Under the pieces are notes generated by a model. It saw only the letters and a program-made list of their open reading frames with translations, did no database searches and was not told the DNA's origin. A program made the translations under genes and the position numbers. Of a DNA stretch of 64,000 nt, positions 29,207-40,343 are shown one piece after another (positions within the stretch are counted from its first letter, which is position 1; each line of letters begins with the position of its first letter). The DNA is taken from contig CBDBGH010000003.1 of NCBI GenBank assembly GCA_965205265.1, forward strand, positions 4,800,001 to 4,864,000, written 5' to 3'. The stretch is from Alphaproteobacteria bacterium. GTDB taxonomy: Bacteria > Pseudomonadota > Alphaproteobacteria > Bin95.

Positions 29207-30058
29207 ATGACAAGTCCCGCTTCAACGCCCCTTGCCGGGCCGCACATTTCGACGACAGTGAAATGGTATGACCCGGCGAAGGGCTACGGGTTCCTGATTC
29301 CCGATGACGGTTCGGCTGACATTCACTGCCGAATTTCGACATTGAGCGCCGTCGGCCTGGGCACGCTTCTCTCCGGGGCGAGGGTCGTGTGCGAGACGGT
29401 GGAGACCCAGCGCGGGCGTGAGGTCTCGCGGATCCTGAACATCGACTTCTCGGCGGCGGCGCCAGCGGCGGCCTCTTCCACGCGCGCCTCAGGCAACGGG
29501 CGTCCTGCCAACGAGCGGGGCATGGTTTCGGCCGGCGCCGACGGGACGGTCCGCGAGGTCCGGGCGTTCGTCAAATGGTTCGACACCGTCAAGGGCTACG
29601 GCTTCCTGCAGCCCGACGACATGTCTGCGGACCTGTTCTGCCATGTGAGCGCCTTGCAGGGGTCCGGCCAGGACACGCTGCCGGAGGGCGCGGCCGTAAC
29701 CTGCATGGTCGTCCGGGGCGACCGGGGTCCCCAGGTATCGAGAATCCTCTCGGTCGAGCCGCCGGTCGCCGTTTCCGGCGCGGCGGACCGCAACGGGTCC
29801 TTCGCTGCCCGGGAGCCGGTCCCGCAGACGGACGGTCTCGGGGCAACAGACATGGAGGTATCGGGCACGGTCAAGTTCTTCGATCCGGTGAAGGGGTTCG
29901 GCTTCGTCGTGCCGGACGAGGATGGGCCCGAGGTGTTTGTTCATGCCAGCGTGCTGTTCCGTTCCGGCATGACCGATCTGGAACCGGGGCAGCGGGTCTT
30001 GGTGTTTGCGGAAAGCGTGCCGCGCGGACTTCAGGCTACGGGCATAGAGCCACTCTGA
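29207..30058 (+). CDS. Cold-shock protein with three CSD domains
   Basis: VKWYDPAKGYGF, VKWFDTVKGYGF, VKFFDPVKGFGF, each followed by an RNP2-like segment. Confidence 0.9.
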   Translation: MTSPASTPLAGPHISTTVKWYDPAKGYGFLIPDDGSADIHCRISTLSAVGLGTLLSGARVVCETVETQRGREVSRILNIDFSAAAPAAASSTRASGNGRPANERGMVSAGADGTVREVRAFVKWFDTVKGYGFLQPDDMSADLFCHVSALQGSGQDTLPEGAAVTCMVVRGDRGPQVSRILSVEPPVAVSGAADRNGSFAAREPVPQTDGLGATDMEVSGTVKFFDPVKGFGFVVPDEDGPEVFVHASVLFRSGMTDLEPGQRVLVFAESVPRGLQATGIEPL

Positions 30059-30078
30059 AGGCATTACGGGCGAGCGTG

Positions 30079-31272
30079 ATGAAGGAATTCGGAATGATGG
30101 AAGATCGGGATTTGCGGCTCTCGCTCGCCCGGAGCGCGCTGGTGCTGGGCGTCGTCCTGATGTTGAGCCGGCACCATGGGACCGACTGGATCCTGATTCA
30201 GGCGGGGTCGTACCTGCTGTGGATGATCTCGGTTCTGTTCATGGAGGCGGGCCGGAACCGGGAGAAACGCGAAGGTCCGGGGCGCTGGCCCCGGTCGGTG
30301 GCTCTGTGGGGAAGGATTTTCGAATTCCTGACGCGGCGCGACATGCGTGTAACCGGCTGCCTTGTCATCTTCGGCATCGAGGTGCTGCGGGAAAATGTAA
30401 TTCTGATGGGGGGATGGGATTTTCCCCTGGAATCCGGATCGGGGCCCCTGGAGACGGCCTGCGCTGCGCTGGCCGTGCTTCTGACAGTGCTTGCGGGCGC
30501 GAGGGACGGAGAGCTTGTCGCCCGGGCGTTGCGCCGTCATGGATGGCGCGTCCCGCTTGTCGTGTCCGGCGGGAGGGGGCGACGGAAGGAGAGAGCGGAA
30601 TACTGGGTTGGCGGTTCCGTGAACGCGATGGCGTGCGAGGCGCCTGCAGCCCGTCTGGAACTGGAAGCGTCCCTCATCTGGAGCCTGATCCTGTCGGGCA
30701 TCGCATTTACGGCGCTGGCGCCGGCGGGCCCGCAAGAGGCGCTGGTCCATCTGGCGGTTGTATATCTGGTCGCGGCGGCTGCGGCCCAGGGTGCCAGGTG
30801 GACTCTTGCCTGGACCCGGGCGGCAAGACCGCGCTTGAACCGGTGGTTCGGGGAACTGGTCGAGTTGTCCGGCCACTGGGACATCCGGCCGCTGGCCGCG
30901 CCGGTTGCCCTGGGCGCCCTGGTGGCGGTTGCGGCCATGATGGCCGACGTTGTGGCGATATTGGAAGCGAGGCCTCCTCCGACGGAGAATGCGGACAAGG
31001 AAGCCCTGATGAGAGCGCAGATGGATTCTCGGCTATGGCTGTCCGCTTGGTCTGCGGCGGTTCACGATGCCGACAGGGCCTATGCGTTCCTGGTCAACGG
31101 AATGCCTGTCCTTGTTGCCTTCTCCGGTTGGCACGACAGCATGTGGAGAGCCGCGGCAGTGAGTGAGACCGGTTCTTCGGATTGGCGGGCCTGGCGGCGC
31201 CGCCAACGCGACATGCGTTGGCGCAGATGGTTGCGTCTCGGTCCGGAACCGGAGGGAGCAGGCCATGCATGA
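30079..31272 (+). CDS. Multi-pass membrane protein, family C-like
   Basis: Two hydrophobic modules; LAGARDGELVAR. Confidence 0.5.
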   Translation: MKEFGMMEDRDLRLSLARSALVLGVVLMLSRHHGTDWILIQAGSYLLWMISVLFMEAGRNREKREGPGRWPRSVALWGRIFEFLTRRDMRVTGCLVIFGIEVLRENVILMGGWDFPLESGSGPLETACAALAVLLTVLAGARDGELVARALRRHGWRVPLVVSGGRGRRKERAEYWVGGSVNAMACEAPAARLELEASLIWSLILSGIAFTALAPAGPQEALVHLAVVYLVAAAAAQGARWTLAWTRAARPRLNRWFGELVELSGHWDIRPLAAPVALGALVAVAAMMADVVAILEARPPPTENADKEALMRAQMDSRLWLSAWSAAVHDADRAYAFLVNGMPVLVAFSGWHDSMWRAAAVSETGSSDWRAWRRRQRDMRWRRWLRLGPEPEGAGHA

Positions 31273-31516
31273 GGTGCCCGCCAGCGGCCGCGAGCAGGAT
31301 TACCGGGATGCCGTGAAGCTGCTTTTCAGACTCCAGGAGATGCTCCGGGCCGTCCCGCTCGAGATTCTTTTCGACGAATGCGGAGTATGCCCCGAGAAGT
31401 TCGGCGAGCTCATGGGCGAGCACGCGCGCTATCTGGTGACAGAAAAGGGTCTGGTTGCCGAGGCGCTCGACTCGTGGACACCATATCCGGAGGAAATTCA
31501 GGGACCCGGACCGTAA
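31265..31516 (+). CDS. Small hypothetical protein
   Basis: GGAG RBS; overlaps the upstream stop. Confidence 0.5.
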   Translation: MHEVPASGREQDYRDAVKLLFRLQEMLRAVPLEILFDECGVCPEKFGELMGEHARYLVTEKGLVAEALDSWTPYPEEIQGPGP

Positions 31517-31707
31517 TCCGGCTTTCCCCATAAATCTGCTCGCGGCCTGAACGGGAATGCCGGCTTCGATGGTAGTTTGACGGGCGCTGTCGGGCCCGCA
31601 TCGGGAAAGGAATTCTCCGTGCGGCGGAGAACGAGACCCGGGTGGCGGGCGGACGAGTGGAGAGCATTCTCTGTTCCATCCGGAACCCCTGAAGGAGAGC
31701 AGCCGTC

Positions 31708-33237
31708 ATGAACGACGCAGGGACGTTGCCGCGGTCGATGGCCGTCTCGGCGCCGCTGGTTGGCGTCGCGATGCTTGCCGGGGCAGGGTTGACGCCGGTC
31801 TGGACCGCGGTTCTGGCCTATGGCGTCGGCCTTTTGTCCGGGGCCTTGGTGCCGGTGCCGGACAGCGGAGGGCGGGGCGAGGAGTGGAGGCGCCGCCTGG
31901 TCGAGGGTGTGGGCCGTTTCGATGCCGGAGGCGGGCTGTGGATCGTCTGGGGCCTTGTGCTCCTCGGGCTCGGGGCGTCCCTGATCCCGGGACTGGGCGT
32001 TTTATCCGACATGTTTCAGACCTGCGCGGTGCTTGCGCCGGCGGCAGCGGGATTCCGGGACGGCTGCGTCCTGGGATCCAGGGCATCGGCGCGGAAACAG
32101 GGCGCGGCGGTTGACCATCGGGACGCGGTATATGTGCGGATGATGCTGCTGGGCGGGTGGGGCCTGTTCGGGGCGGGCTATGCGTTCAGTGGACTGTCGG
32201 GTTGGTCATTGTTGCTCATGACAGGCGCCGCCCACCTGTCGGGCTTCCTGATGTGTCGCCTGGTTCTGCAGAAGGCATGGCCGGGTCCCTGGGTAGAGCC
32301 GGGGGGGGCAGGCAGCAGGCGTTGGGAGGTGCTGGGCCTTCTGGGTGCCGTGGCAGGGCTGTTGCTGGCCGCTGCGACGGTGCTTCTGGAGCCAGGGAGC
32401 GTTGTGGGGCGGTCAATGGCAGAGGCGTTCGATCAGCGGGGGATCGGTCTTCCGGGCCTGGAGGGGTTCACGGGGGTCCCGGGCGGGATGAGTGTCGCAT
32501 TGGCCGGTGGCGGCCTGCTCGCTCTCGGCGTGAAGGACGGCTGCATGGCCTGTGTCCGCTCGCCGCAGGATCCCGCGTTCGGGATTCTGGTGCTTCCAGC
32601 GAGCCGGAAGGAAGCGTGCGGGGCCGCGCTGGCGCGATGCCTCTCGGTAGCGCTCGTGCTCGTGGCTGCGGGCGCAGGGTCGTCGGGAATGGGGGCTCTC
32701 TCGACTGCGCTTGTCGTTGCGGGGTTCGGTATCTCGATGTGGCTGATTGCCCATCCGGGGAATTGGATAAGAGGCGTTCTGGGGTTCGGCTACTGGCTGG
32801 TGACCGCGGTCACCGCGGCAATGACGCTTGTGCTGGCCGTGTGCATCAGGGGGCAGGCCAGCCCGGAAATCTCCTTCGCCGCAACGGCAGCGGCCGTCTT
32901 CGCGGCGTATCTGGGGATAGCGTGCGCAGGCGCGCTTGCGGGCCTGTGCATGCGCAGGGCAGGAGTGCCGGTCTCCGCATCCGTGTGGCGCGGCTATGCC
33001 CGGCTTCCGGCGGCGGCGCTCCTGGCAGTGCTGTTGTATTTCGGGCTGCTTGTCGCGAGCGGGGAGTCGGGAATGCAGCTATCCGGTGAGTGGTGGTGGC
33101 CTGCCATCGCGATGTTTGTCCTGGCGCCGGCATTTCTGGCGGTGACGGCCTTTTGCGACGGGTTGTGGCTGGCGGCCCGGGACGGCGGTGGCTGTCCCGC
33201 CTATACCGGCCTGGCCGGGTCGGGAAGCCGCGCATGA
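31708..33237 (+). CDS. Multi-pass membrane protein with three family-C-like modules
   Basis: AGGAG RBS; modules end GFRDGC, GVKDGC, AFCDGLWLA. Confidence 0.6.
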   Translation: MNDAGTLPRSMAVSAPLVGVAMLAGAGLTPVWTAVLAYGVGLLSGALVPVPDSGGRGEEWRRRLVEGVGRFDAGGGLWIVWGLVLLGLGASLIPGLGVLSDMFQTCAVLAPAAAGFRDGCVLGSRASARKQGAAVDHRDAVYVRMMLLGGWGLFGAGYAFSGLSGWSLLLMTGAAHLSGFLMCRLVLQKAWPGPWVEPGGAGSRRWEVLGLLGAVAGLLLAAATVLLEPGSVVGRSMAEAFDQRGIGLPGLEGFTGVPGGMSVALAGGGLLALGVKDGCMACVRSPQDPAFGILVLPASRKEACGAALARCLSVALVLVAAGAGSSGMGALSTALVVAGFGISMWLIAHPGNWIRGVLGFGYWLVTAVTAAMTLVLAVCIRGQASPEISFAATAAAVFAAYLGIACAGALAGLCMRRAGVPVSASVWRGYARLPAAALLAVLLYFGLLVASGESGMQLSGEWWWPAIAMFVLAPAFLAVTAFCDGLWLAARDGGGCPAYTGLAGSGSRA

Positions 33238-35622
33238 CTGTCCCGGGAGGCAGGGCCGCGCGGGTCGTGCTGCTGGCGGCCGCGATCGGGTCGCCGGCTG
33301 CGGTCGGGACCGCCCCGGCGCAGGAGGGCGGCTGGTCGCCCGGCTTCCTCAGATATGTGGACGGCGGGCCGAACAGCCAGGCCCTGGCCTCGGGACACGG
33401 GGCTGTGTTGCGGGGCATCTACGGGGATGCCCCGCTTGAGGTGGCGGTGCAGGATTTCGATCAGGATGGGGATCCCGAATATATCGTTCGGCACCTCAGC
33501 AACTGCGAGACGCTGACCGGCCATGCGAGCCGCGGCCTGATCGCGGTATGTCCCTGGACCGTGATTGACCGGCGCGGCGGACGCATGGCGGAGGTGCTGC
33601 GCGAAAGCGGCTGGCGTTCGCGCAGCCTGGTGCGGGATGGCCATACGGTCGGTTTCAGCCTGGACGGCCTCAATTGGATCGGGAGCCCGGACCATCCCGG
33701 GCATATGCTTGGTGTCGTGGATCCGGTGATTTGGGGGGGCCGGATCGAGGAGCATGCGCTGGAGCTGCTGGAGAGCCAATTCGGGACCGTGCATGAGTTC
33801 AGGGTCGCCGAATTGGAGGTCGCGTCGCGCAAGGTCCTGCTTGCCCATGACCGCGGCGGCGGCGCGAGCGCGGTCTGGGCGCTGTTCCACAACGGGCGGC
33901 TGCTGCAGGCCGGCCGCGCGAGGGGAGAGCCCCTGCCGGCCATTTCCCGGTTGGGGATGCTGCGGTTGAACGACAGTGCGACCGGCAAGGAGTTGTCGCG
34001 GATCATGTTTCCATTGACCGAAGGCACCTGGTGGTTTCTCTGGGAGCGGCCCGTGATGCCGGCAGGCTGGAGGCCTTTGAGGGCGAAGGAACAGCGTAAT
34101 GTCGTGGACGACCCCGACGGCCTTTGGTTGCCGGGGGAACTGCGCGACACGGGCGAGGCGTCCGCGATCTGGCGCAGCGCGACGGTTCTCGAGGACGGGA
34201 GGCGCCTGGTGCTCTCCTGGCTGTCGGGACGATGCGGCACCCTGGCCTGTTCGGTGCGCGGACGTCTCGAGTCACGCGCGGGAAACCGCCGGGTGCTGTT
34301 CGACGGGGAGAGGACCGGGCGCGCCTGTGTGGCCGATCCGCATTCCCTGGCCCTGTCATTTGCAGGAGGCGCCTTGCGCCTTTGGGCGTGCGATCGGGCC
34401 CTTTTGCTGGCTGCGGAGAAGGGAGGAGGCGCATGACGGTGTTCCGCGCCATGGTCCTGGCGGCGGCTCTGCTGTGGCCGGGGTCCGGAGGCGCCATCGA
34501 GGCCGTTGACCTGGAGCGGGCCGGCCTGTCACCGGAGATGGCGGCCTGGGCGATGACGTCGGTGCGCGGCGAATGGACTTCGGTAGGCGCCTATGGGCAG
34601 CTGGGGGCCTTTGGTATCCCGCTTGCCGGCATCGGGGGATACCGGATCGGTCCCGGAAGGTTTCTGGAAGACCGCAATGCGCAGGTGAGGCTTTGGCTTG
34701 GCCGTGAGCGCAGGATCTGGGATGTCGTGGTGCGTACGGGCCTCGATGAGGTGCTGGTGGGGAGGGAACTGTGCCACGAGGGCCGGTGCGCCACCATGAC
34801 GGCATCGTCCCTGATTGCGGTATGCCGGGATGGATGTGCGGGCCCGGAAAGTCCGGCGCGGCGATGGATGAGGGCTGTCGAATGCGACGGGCCGGAGATG
34901 GGAAGGATTTGCCGTGTGGCGATCGCCACTGCGGGCCGCGCAGTCGGTGAAATCACGGGGGGAGCCCGCAGATGAGGCGGATGGTCTGGTGCGTGGCTGC
35001 CGCGGTCGTCGCGCTCGGCGGGCCGGCCGGGGCGGAACAGGAAAGGGTTTCTTCCGAACGCGAACGCCCGCCGGCGACCGGCAGCGGGTTGCGTTACGAA
35101 TATCATGGCGCGGTCGGCGTGTACCGTTTCGTGCCGGTCTGCCCGACCTGCAGTGCGGGACGGTACAAACCGGTCGATCATCGGCCCGGGGCCGGCCTGG
35201 AGGAGGGACGTATTCCACGGGCGGCGGAAGCGGTCGGAGCGCCGATGGCGACTTCATTGACCCCGTTGGCGTCTCCGGAAGGCGCCCTGACGGCGGGCGC
35301 CCCCAGGGGAGCGGGAGAGGAGCGCGAGGGCCGCGGGCCGCCGCCGCGGAATGTGTTGCATGAGCCGGAGAGGGTTGCAGGCAGCCCATCGGGAATCGGG
35401 CCGGCGGCTCGTCCTGGCACGACGGTTCCGGGTGATCGGAGCAGGAAGGTGCCGCCGCCCGGCCTGCGCGTTCACTCCGGAGACCGGGTTGAAGGCCCGG
35501 TCGGGGACGGCGGCGTGATCCGTTACAGGAGGAAGCCGGTCATCCGTTATGAAGGCCCGGCGCGGGCTCCGGATCCGCCCCGTGTCTGGCGTGTGGGCCC
35601 CGGGTTTCTGATCGAGGGATGA
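33234..35622 (+). CDS. Three coupled secreted hypothetical proteins (33234-34436, 34433-34975, 34972-35622)
   Basis: N-terminal signal peptides; ATGA overlaps; DFDQDGDPEY Ca-binding-like motif in the first. Confidence 0.55.
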
Positions 35623-35920
35623 GCCCCTCGGCCGCCGGCCGGAGAGCGAATGCCGCAATGCCGGGATTGGCAAGGGATTCGACGCCGCCGCCGGAAGGCT
35701 GGCGGGCGAGACCCGCGGAAGGGAAGGCCGGTATCCGGGCCACGCAAAAAAAATCCGGGCGGGCTGTGGATTATAGGAAATGCCATAGGCTTCAAGAGTA
35801 TGCATGGAGTTGTTGCGAGCGGGGATCAGGCAGTACGCGGCGCGTCAGGATTCATTTGGACCGGGGCGCGGGGTAGAGTGGCCGTCTTCCCGATGAGAAT
35901 GACCCGGGTGGAGAGGCAGG

Positions 35921-37315
35921 ATGCAGGTGCAGGCAGGGCTCGCGGTTCAGGAAGTCTATACACCCGCATCGCGTGACGGGATCTGGGTCAAGGTTCTGGG
36001 GCGCCTTCGTTCGGAGTACGGGGAGGGGATCTACCGCTCCTGGTTCTGCCGGATGAACTGTGAGTGCCGCGGTGAATCGGGTGTGGCGATCATCCTGCCG
36101 ACCAGGTTCATGCGCGACCGGATCGAAAAGCAGTATGGCGACCGGATCCGGGAGCTGTGGATCGAAGAGGATCCTTCGGTCACCGAGATCCGCTATGTCG
36201 CGCGGTCTGTCATGCGCATGGCCGCGCCTCGGCCCGCGGCGGCGGCATTCAGGCCGCCGGGTGCGGAAAACGGGATGGGCACGATCCCGTTGCGCGGCAC
36301 GATGACGTTCGGGAACTTCGTGCGGGCGCCATCGAACGACATGGCGTTCCGGGCCTGCCTGCGCGCTGCGGAAGCCGGCGGTCCGGCGGAAGGCGCCAAT
36401 CCCATCTATCTGTGCGGCCTGCAGGGCATGGGGAAGACCCATCTCCTGCATGCCGCGGCACAGGAAGTGGGGGGGCGGTTCCCCGGGAAAAAGGTGCTGT
36501 TCCTCGATATCGACTGCTTCATGACGGCGTTCGTGGCATCCCTGAAAGCGAAGACGACGGACGGATTCAAGGCCTGGCTGCGCTCGGCGGACTGGCTGAT
36601 ATTCGACGATCTGCAATTTCTCGCGACCCGCGGCGAGCGCACGCGCGAGGAATTCTTCTCGATGCTCAATGCCCTGGTCATGCACGGAAGCCAGGTTCTG
36701 TTGGCGGCCGATACGCTGCCCAGCGATCTCAATGGCGTGGAGGCGAGGTTGCGCTCGCGCCTGGGGGCCGGGCTGGTCGTCAGGATCATGCCGGCGGAAG
36801 CGGAACTGCGCGCGGAATTCGTGCGGCGCCGCTCACGGGGCGTCCTTCCGCGGGAGGTGCTCGACTTCGTGTCCAGGCGGGTGACGCGCAGCGTGCGCGA
36901 GCTGGGGGGAGCGCTGAACCGCCTGGAGCACCATGTCATGCTGCTCAGGGAAGGCATGGACGTGGACAAGGCGAAACAGGTACTCGAGGACCTGATCTGC
37001 GACGAGGGCGATATGGTCGACGTCAGGGCGCTCCAGGAGCTGGTGTGCGGGCATTACGGCATCTCCATGGAGGAGATGGCCGAGAAGACGCGCACCCGGC
37101 GTGTCGCGAGACCCCGGCAGATTGCAATGTTCCTGGCGAAGCGCCACACCTCGCTGTCGCTGCCGGAGATCGGGCGCCGCTTCGGGCGCGACCATACGAC
37201 GGTGATGCACGGCTGCCGCATCATTGAGCAGCTGATCGAGCAGGACATCGCCATCGCGGACGATGTGGAGCGGCTCGACGCGATGATCGCGTCGGGGCAG
37301 GGGGTGGCGGCGTAA
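35921..37315 (+). CDS. dnaA: Replication initiator DnaA homolog outside the usual chromosomal context
   Basis: YRSWF, PTRFMRD, NPIYLCGLQGMGKTHLL, DDLQFL, RLRSRL, RELGGAL, RPRQIAMFLAK, SLPEIGRRFGRDHTTVMHG. Confidence 0.93.
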   Translation: MQVQAGLAVQEVYTPASRDGIWVKVLGRLRSEYGEGIYRSWFCRMNCECRGESGVAIILPTRFMRDRIEKQYGDRIRELWIEEDPSVTEIRYVARSVMRMAAPRPAAAAFRPPGAENGMGTIPLRGTMTFGNFVRAPSNDMAFRACLRAAEAGGPAEGANPIYLCGLQGMGKTHLLHAAAQEVGGRFPGKKVLFLDIDCFMTAFVASLKAKTTDGFKAWLRSADWLIFDDLQFLATRGERTREEFFSMLNALVMHGSQVLLAADTLPSDLNGVEARLRSRLGAGLVVRIMPAEAELRAEFVRRRSRGVLPREVLDFVSRRVTRSVRELGGALNRLEHHVMLLREGMDVDKAKQVLEDLICDEGDMVDVRALQELVCGHYGISMEEMAEKTRTRRVARPRQIAMFLAKRHTSLSLPEIGRRFGRDHTTVMHGCRIIEQLIEQDIAIADDVERLDAMIASGQGVAA

Positions 37316-37452
37316 ACGCCGGACGGGGCGCTTCCCGGCTCTCCCTGTTTCTTCGGAAATTGGATCCTGCAGCGGGCTCGGAGCCCGCGGCTGGCGGAAT
37401 CCGCGGTATCGGTCCGGCCTCCGGAAGCGCCCGACAGGCGCCTTGCCCGAAC

Positions 37453-37488
37453 AATCCGCTTTACAAGATAATCGGATTATTGTAATTA
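37453..37488 (+). promoter_or_regulatory. Operator-bearing sigma70-like promoter
   Basis: AATCCGC-TTTACA-AGATAATCGGATTATTG(17)-TAATTA. Confidence 0.68.
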
Positions 37489-37718
37489 TCAAGTTGGCAT
37501 ATACCCGGGCGGCGGCTGGAAGCGGGCGCCCGGGGGAAATCCAGAGGAGGAGACTGTATGGGTATTCCGGTCCGCGCTGTAAGACGGTGCGGTATTCCGG
37601 CGCTGATGCTCTGCATGCTGGCGCTGGGAGCGTGCGGGGAGACGATGTCGGACGTTGCTGCACGCGAACATGCCCGTATAGGGCAGAAGATCGAGGCGCT
37701 TGCCACGGCCATTCGCGA

Positions 37719-39533
37719 GGGTGCACGTCGTATTTGTGAGATTCATGGTATTGCGCCGGCTCGTCGTTCCCAGAAGTCGTCGAAGCGATTGCTCTCGACG
37801 GCGCAGCGCAGGGCGATGATGGCGTTGGCGCCGTTGACGGTCCAGCGCATACCTCCCTGCTTGAGGCGGGCGCCGACGATGTTCTTGCAGCCGCCCTCGA
37901 CCACGCCGCTGGCCACGCACAAGCCCATCGCGCGGAACTTCGGGTAGTTCATGCGCTCGCGGTTGTTGGAGAAGTACTCGGCGTTCTTCCGGGCGTTCTC
38001 GCAAGTTTCGGCATGGCCCTTGAGGGCGGCGATCACCTCGTCGACGCGGCCCTCGTCGAGTTCCTCGCGCCGCTTCCCGGCCCATCGCTCACCGATCTCG
38101 CTGCCGATCCCGTAGATCGCCTTGGCTGCGTCGAACAGGTGGCCCTTGGCATGGAAGATGTCGACGATCTGGATGGCGTCGGGGAAGTGCTCATCGGCGA
38201 AGTTCCAGATCCACGGCGCGCCGTCGCCGAGGATGACCCGGCGCTCGGCCGTGTCGAAGCCGCGGCGTTCGGCCTCGCGGATGACACGCCGGGCGAAGGG
38301 CGCGGGCTCGGGGTCGAACTCGCGGGTGGCGATGGATTCGATGGCGGCGTTGTAGGTGGCGGAGCCGGGATCGCGCACCGGACGCCCCTCCCTGTCGACG
38401 GTCTCCGCCGACCACACGACGGCGAGCTTGGCCTCGCGGGTGCTGGCGGAGCCGTCGGGCTGCTTGCCCGCGCGGCCCTCGACCTCGGTCTTGCGCGCCG
38501 GCACGCCGGTGCCGTCGAGGCCGAGATAGAGGGTGGGGGCGTCGGACGGCTCGGGTTCGATCACGCGGCATTCGTCGCCTGCGATCTCTCGCCCGAGCGC
38601 CTCGGCATGGCGTTCGACCGTCTTCGGCGCGACAGCCAGGCCTGCCAGTTCGCGCAACAGGGCGCTGGAGCCCTCGAAGCTGGTACGGGCAGCAGCAACG
38701 CCGATCATGCGCAGCGCCGCCGGTGAGAGGAAAGTATCTTCCATGCCGAGGGTTCGATCACGCGGGCTGAAGCCGCGGTGGCAACGGTCGCAGTGATACC
38801 AGGCGCGCTCCAGCGTCAGAGGGCCGAGAGCGGTGGTGAAGGTCTTGGGCCGGCGGCCGGCGAAGCGCGCCTCGCCGCCGCACGCACACGACAGCCACGG
38901 TCCCCGGTTGTCGGAACGGTCGGCATTGAGCCTGTGGGCGACGGCCTGCCCCATGATCTGCAACGCAACCCGCCGCGCTTCGATCTCGATCGCCTGGAAG
39001 TCATCGACGACGCCCGCGCCGATCAGCCACTCGACCTCGGCCTCGACCTCCTCCGCGATCGCTGCGTCGAGACCCCCCTTTTTCCCGGCGCGGCCGGCTT
39101 GTCCGCGTCCAGCCTGGCATCGCATATCCGGCCGCTGACCTCGACAAGCGCGCGCACCAGACCGCGAAGCCGCTGGTATTCCGCGATCTGCGCCCGCGTT
39201 CCCTCAATGGCGTCGGCGGGAACGGTGCGGCCGCGGGACTTCCCCGTCTCCCTGTCCGGCCAGGTCAACAACCAGTAGGGGCCATGCCCCTGCGCCCCCT
39301 CGACCGCGCAATGGCAGTTCGGTTTGCCGCACTTGCGGTACTGTGCCCTGAGCGAACCCTGACGGAGGTCGCCGATGCCCGCAATCTCCCGCAGCAGCTC
39401 GCCACGCTGTTCGACGAGGCCGTCGTGATCGGTCCTGGCCATGTCCGCCTCCATCTGCCCCCCGAATATAAGAAACAGATATCGTGGCGGAACCATGGCA
39501 TTTCTCAACCTCGCAAAATCAGGACGTGCACCC
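37719..39533 (-). mobile_element. ISKra4-family-like IS (1815 bp)
   Basis: IR GGGTGCACGTC / GACGTGCACCC; 9-bp duplication CATTCGCGA at 37710-37718 and 39534-39542. Confidence 0.9.
37743..39442 (-). CDS. ISKra4-type transposase: ORF 39023-39442 plus DDE ORF, probably joined by frameshifting
   Basis: RKCGKPNCHC..GHGPYW; LGLDGT, LGDGAPWIW, DIFHA, SGVVEG; slippery GGGAAAAAGGGGGG at 39073-39086. Confidence 0.8.
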
Positions 39534-40343
39534 CATTCGCGACGGTCACTTGACAAAGGGCCGGATGATCGGCCACTATGCCGACAGGCTCGACAAGGAG
39601 AAGCCGGAGCACAAGTCCTTGGTCGCGGAACTCCGCAAGGAGGCGACTGTCGAGGGGCTGGCGTTCACGAACCTGAAGAAGCGTTTCGAAGGGGTGCCGA
39701 GGAAACCGGCGAATGACGCTGAGGCGAAACAGGCGCTCGACAGTCTCGCCCGTCTCGAAGTTGCGGCCGACCCGGGCGTGTTCGATGACGGCCTCGCCGA
39801 CATCGTGAATGTCCTTGCCGGTCTGTCCGGCGGGACCTTGCCCAGAATCGAGGGGGCGGTGCACGAGAAGACGCCGGAGGCCGGCGCCGGGAGCTATCTG
39901 GTCGGCAATCCCGCCTATGGCCAGTGGAGACAGAGCTCTTCCGGAACGAGCTTCTGGGAGTTCTACGGCCAGTATGCGCTGTTCCGCGACGTTTTGTGGG
40001 GCGGGCCGTCCTGGACACAGGACCGCTGGTACCGCGACCGCGGCTGGAGCTTTTACGGCGACCGTGGCCGGCACTATTACGGTTCGCGGGCGAGCCAGAA
40101 CCAGTGGTCGACAGTCGAAAGGCGCAATCCGCAAGTGCCGAAAAAGACCTTCCGGTCGACGGCGTCCGAAAGGCGCGTCTCGACCTATGGGAAAACCGCC
40201 GACAGGAAAGCCGGCACGGTGACGAGGCGGGCGAACGCGCATTCCGGGTACGGGGCCTCGGTCCGCGGCACGACGATACGCCGGACCAGCAGCTGGGGCG
40301 GCCGGAGCGGCAAGTAAGGGTTCAGGGGAAAGGAACTGGAACG

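Larger units (their letters stand above)
37558..40317 (+). pseudogene. Lipoprotein of the DUF350/spermidine-synthase operon, interrupted by an IS
   Basis: Lipobox LGAC; removing the IS and one duplication restores ..ATAIRDGHLTKG..; LVGNPAYGQW..SFWEFYGQY; Ser/Gly/Arg-rich tail. Confidence 0.8.

Noticed and set aside
35620-35920. oriC or oriV upstream of dnaA
   Set aside because: Only one imperfect DnaA box and an A8 run are visible, with no box cluster or AT-rich unwinding element.
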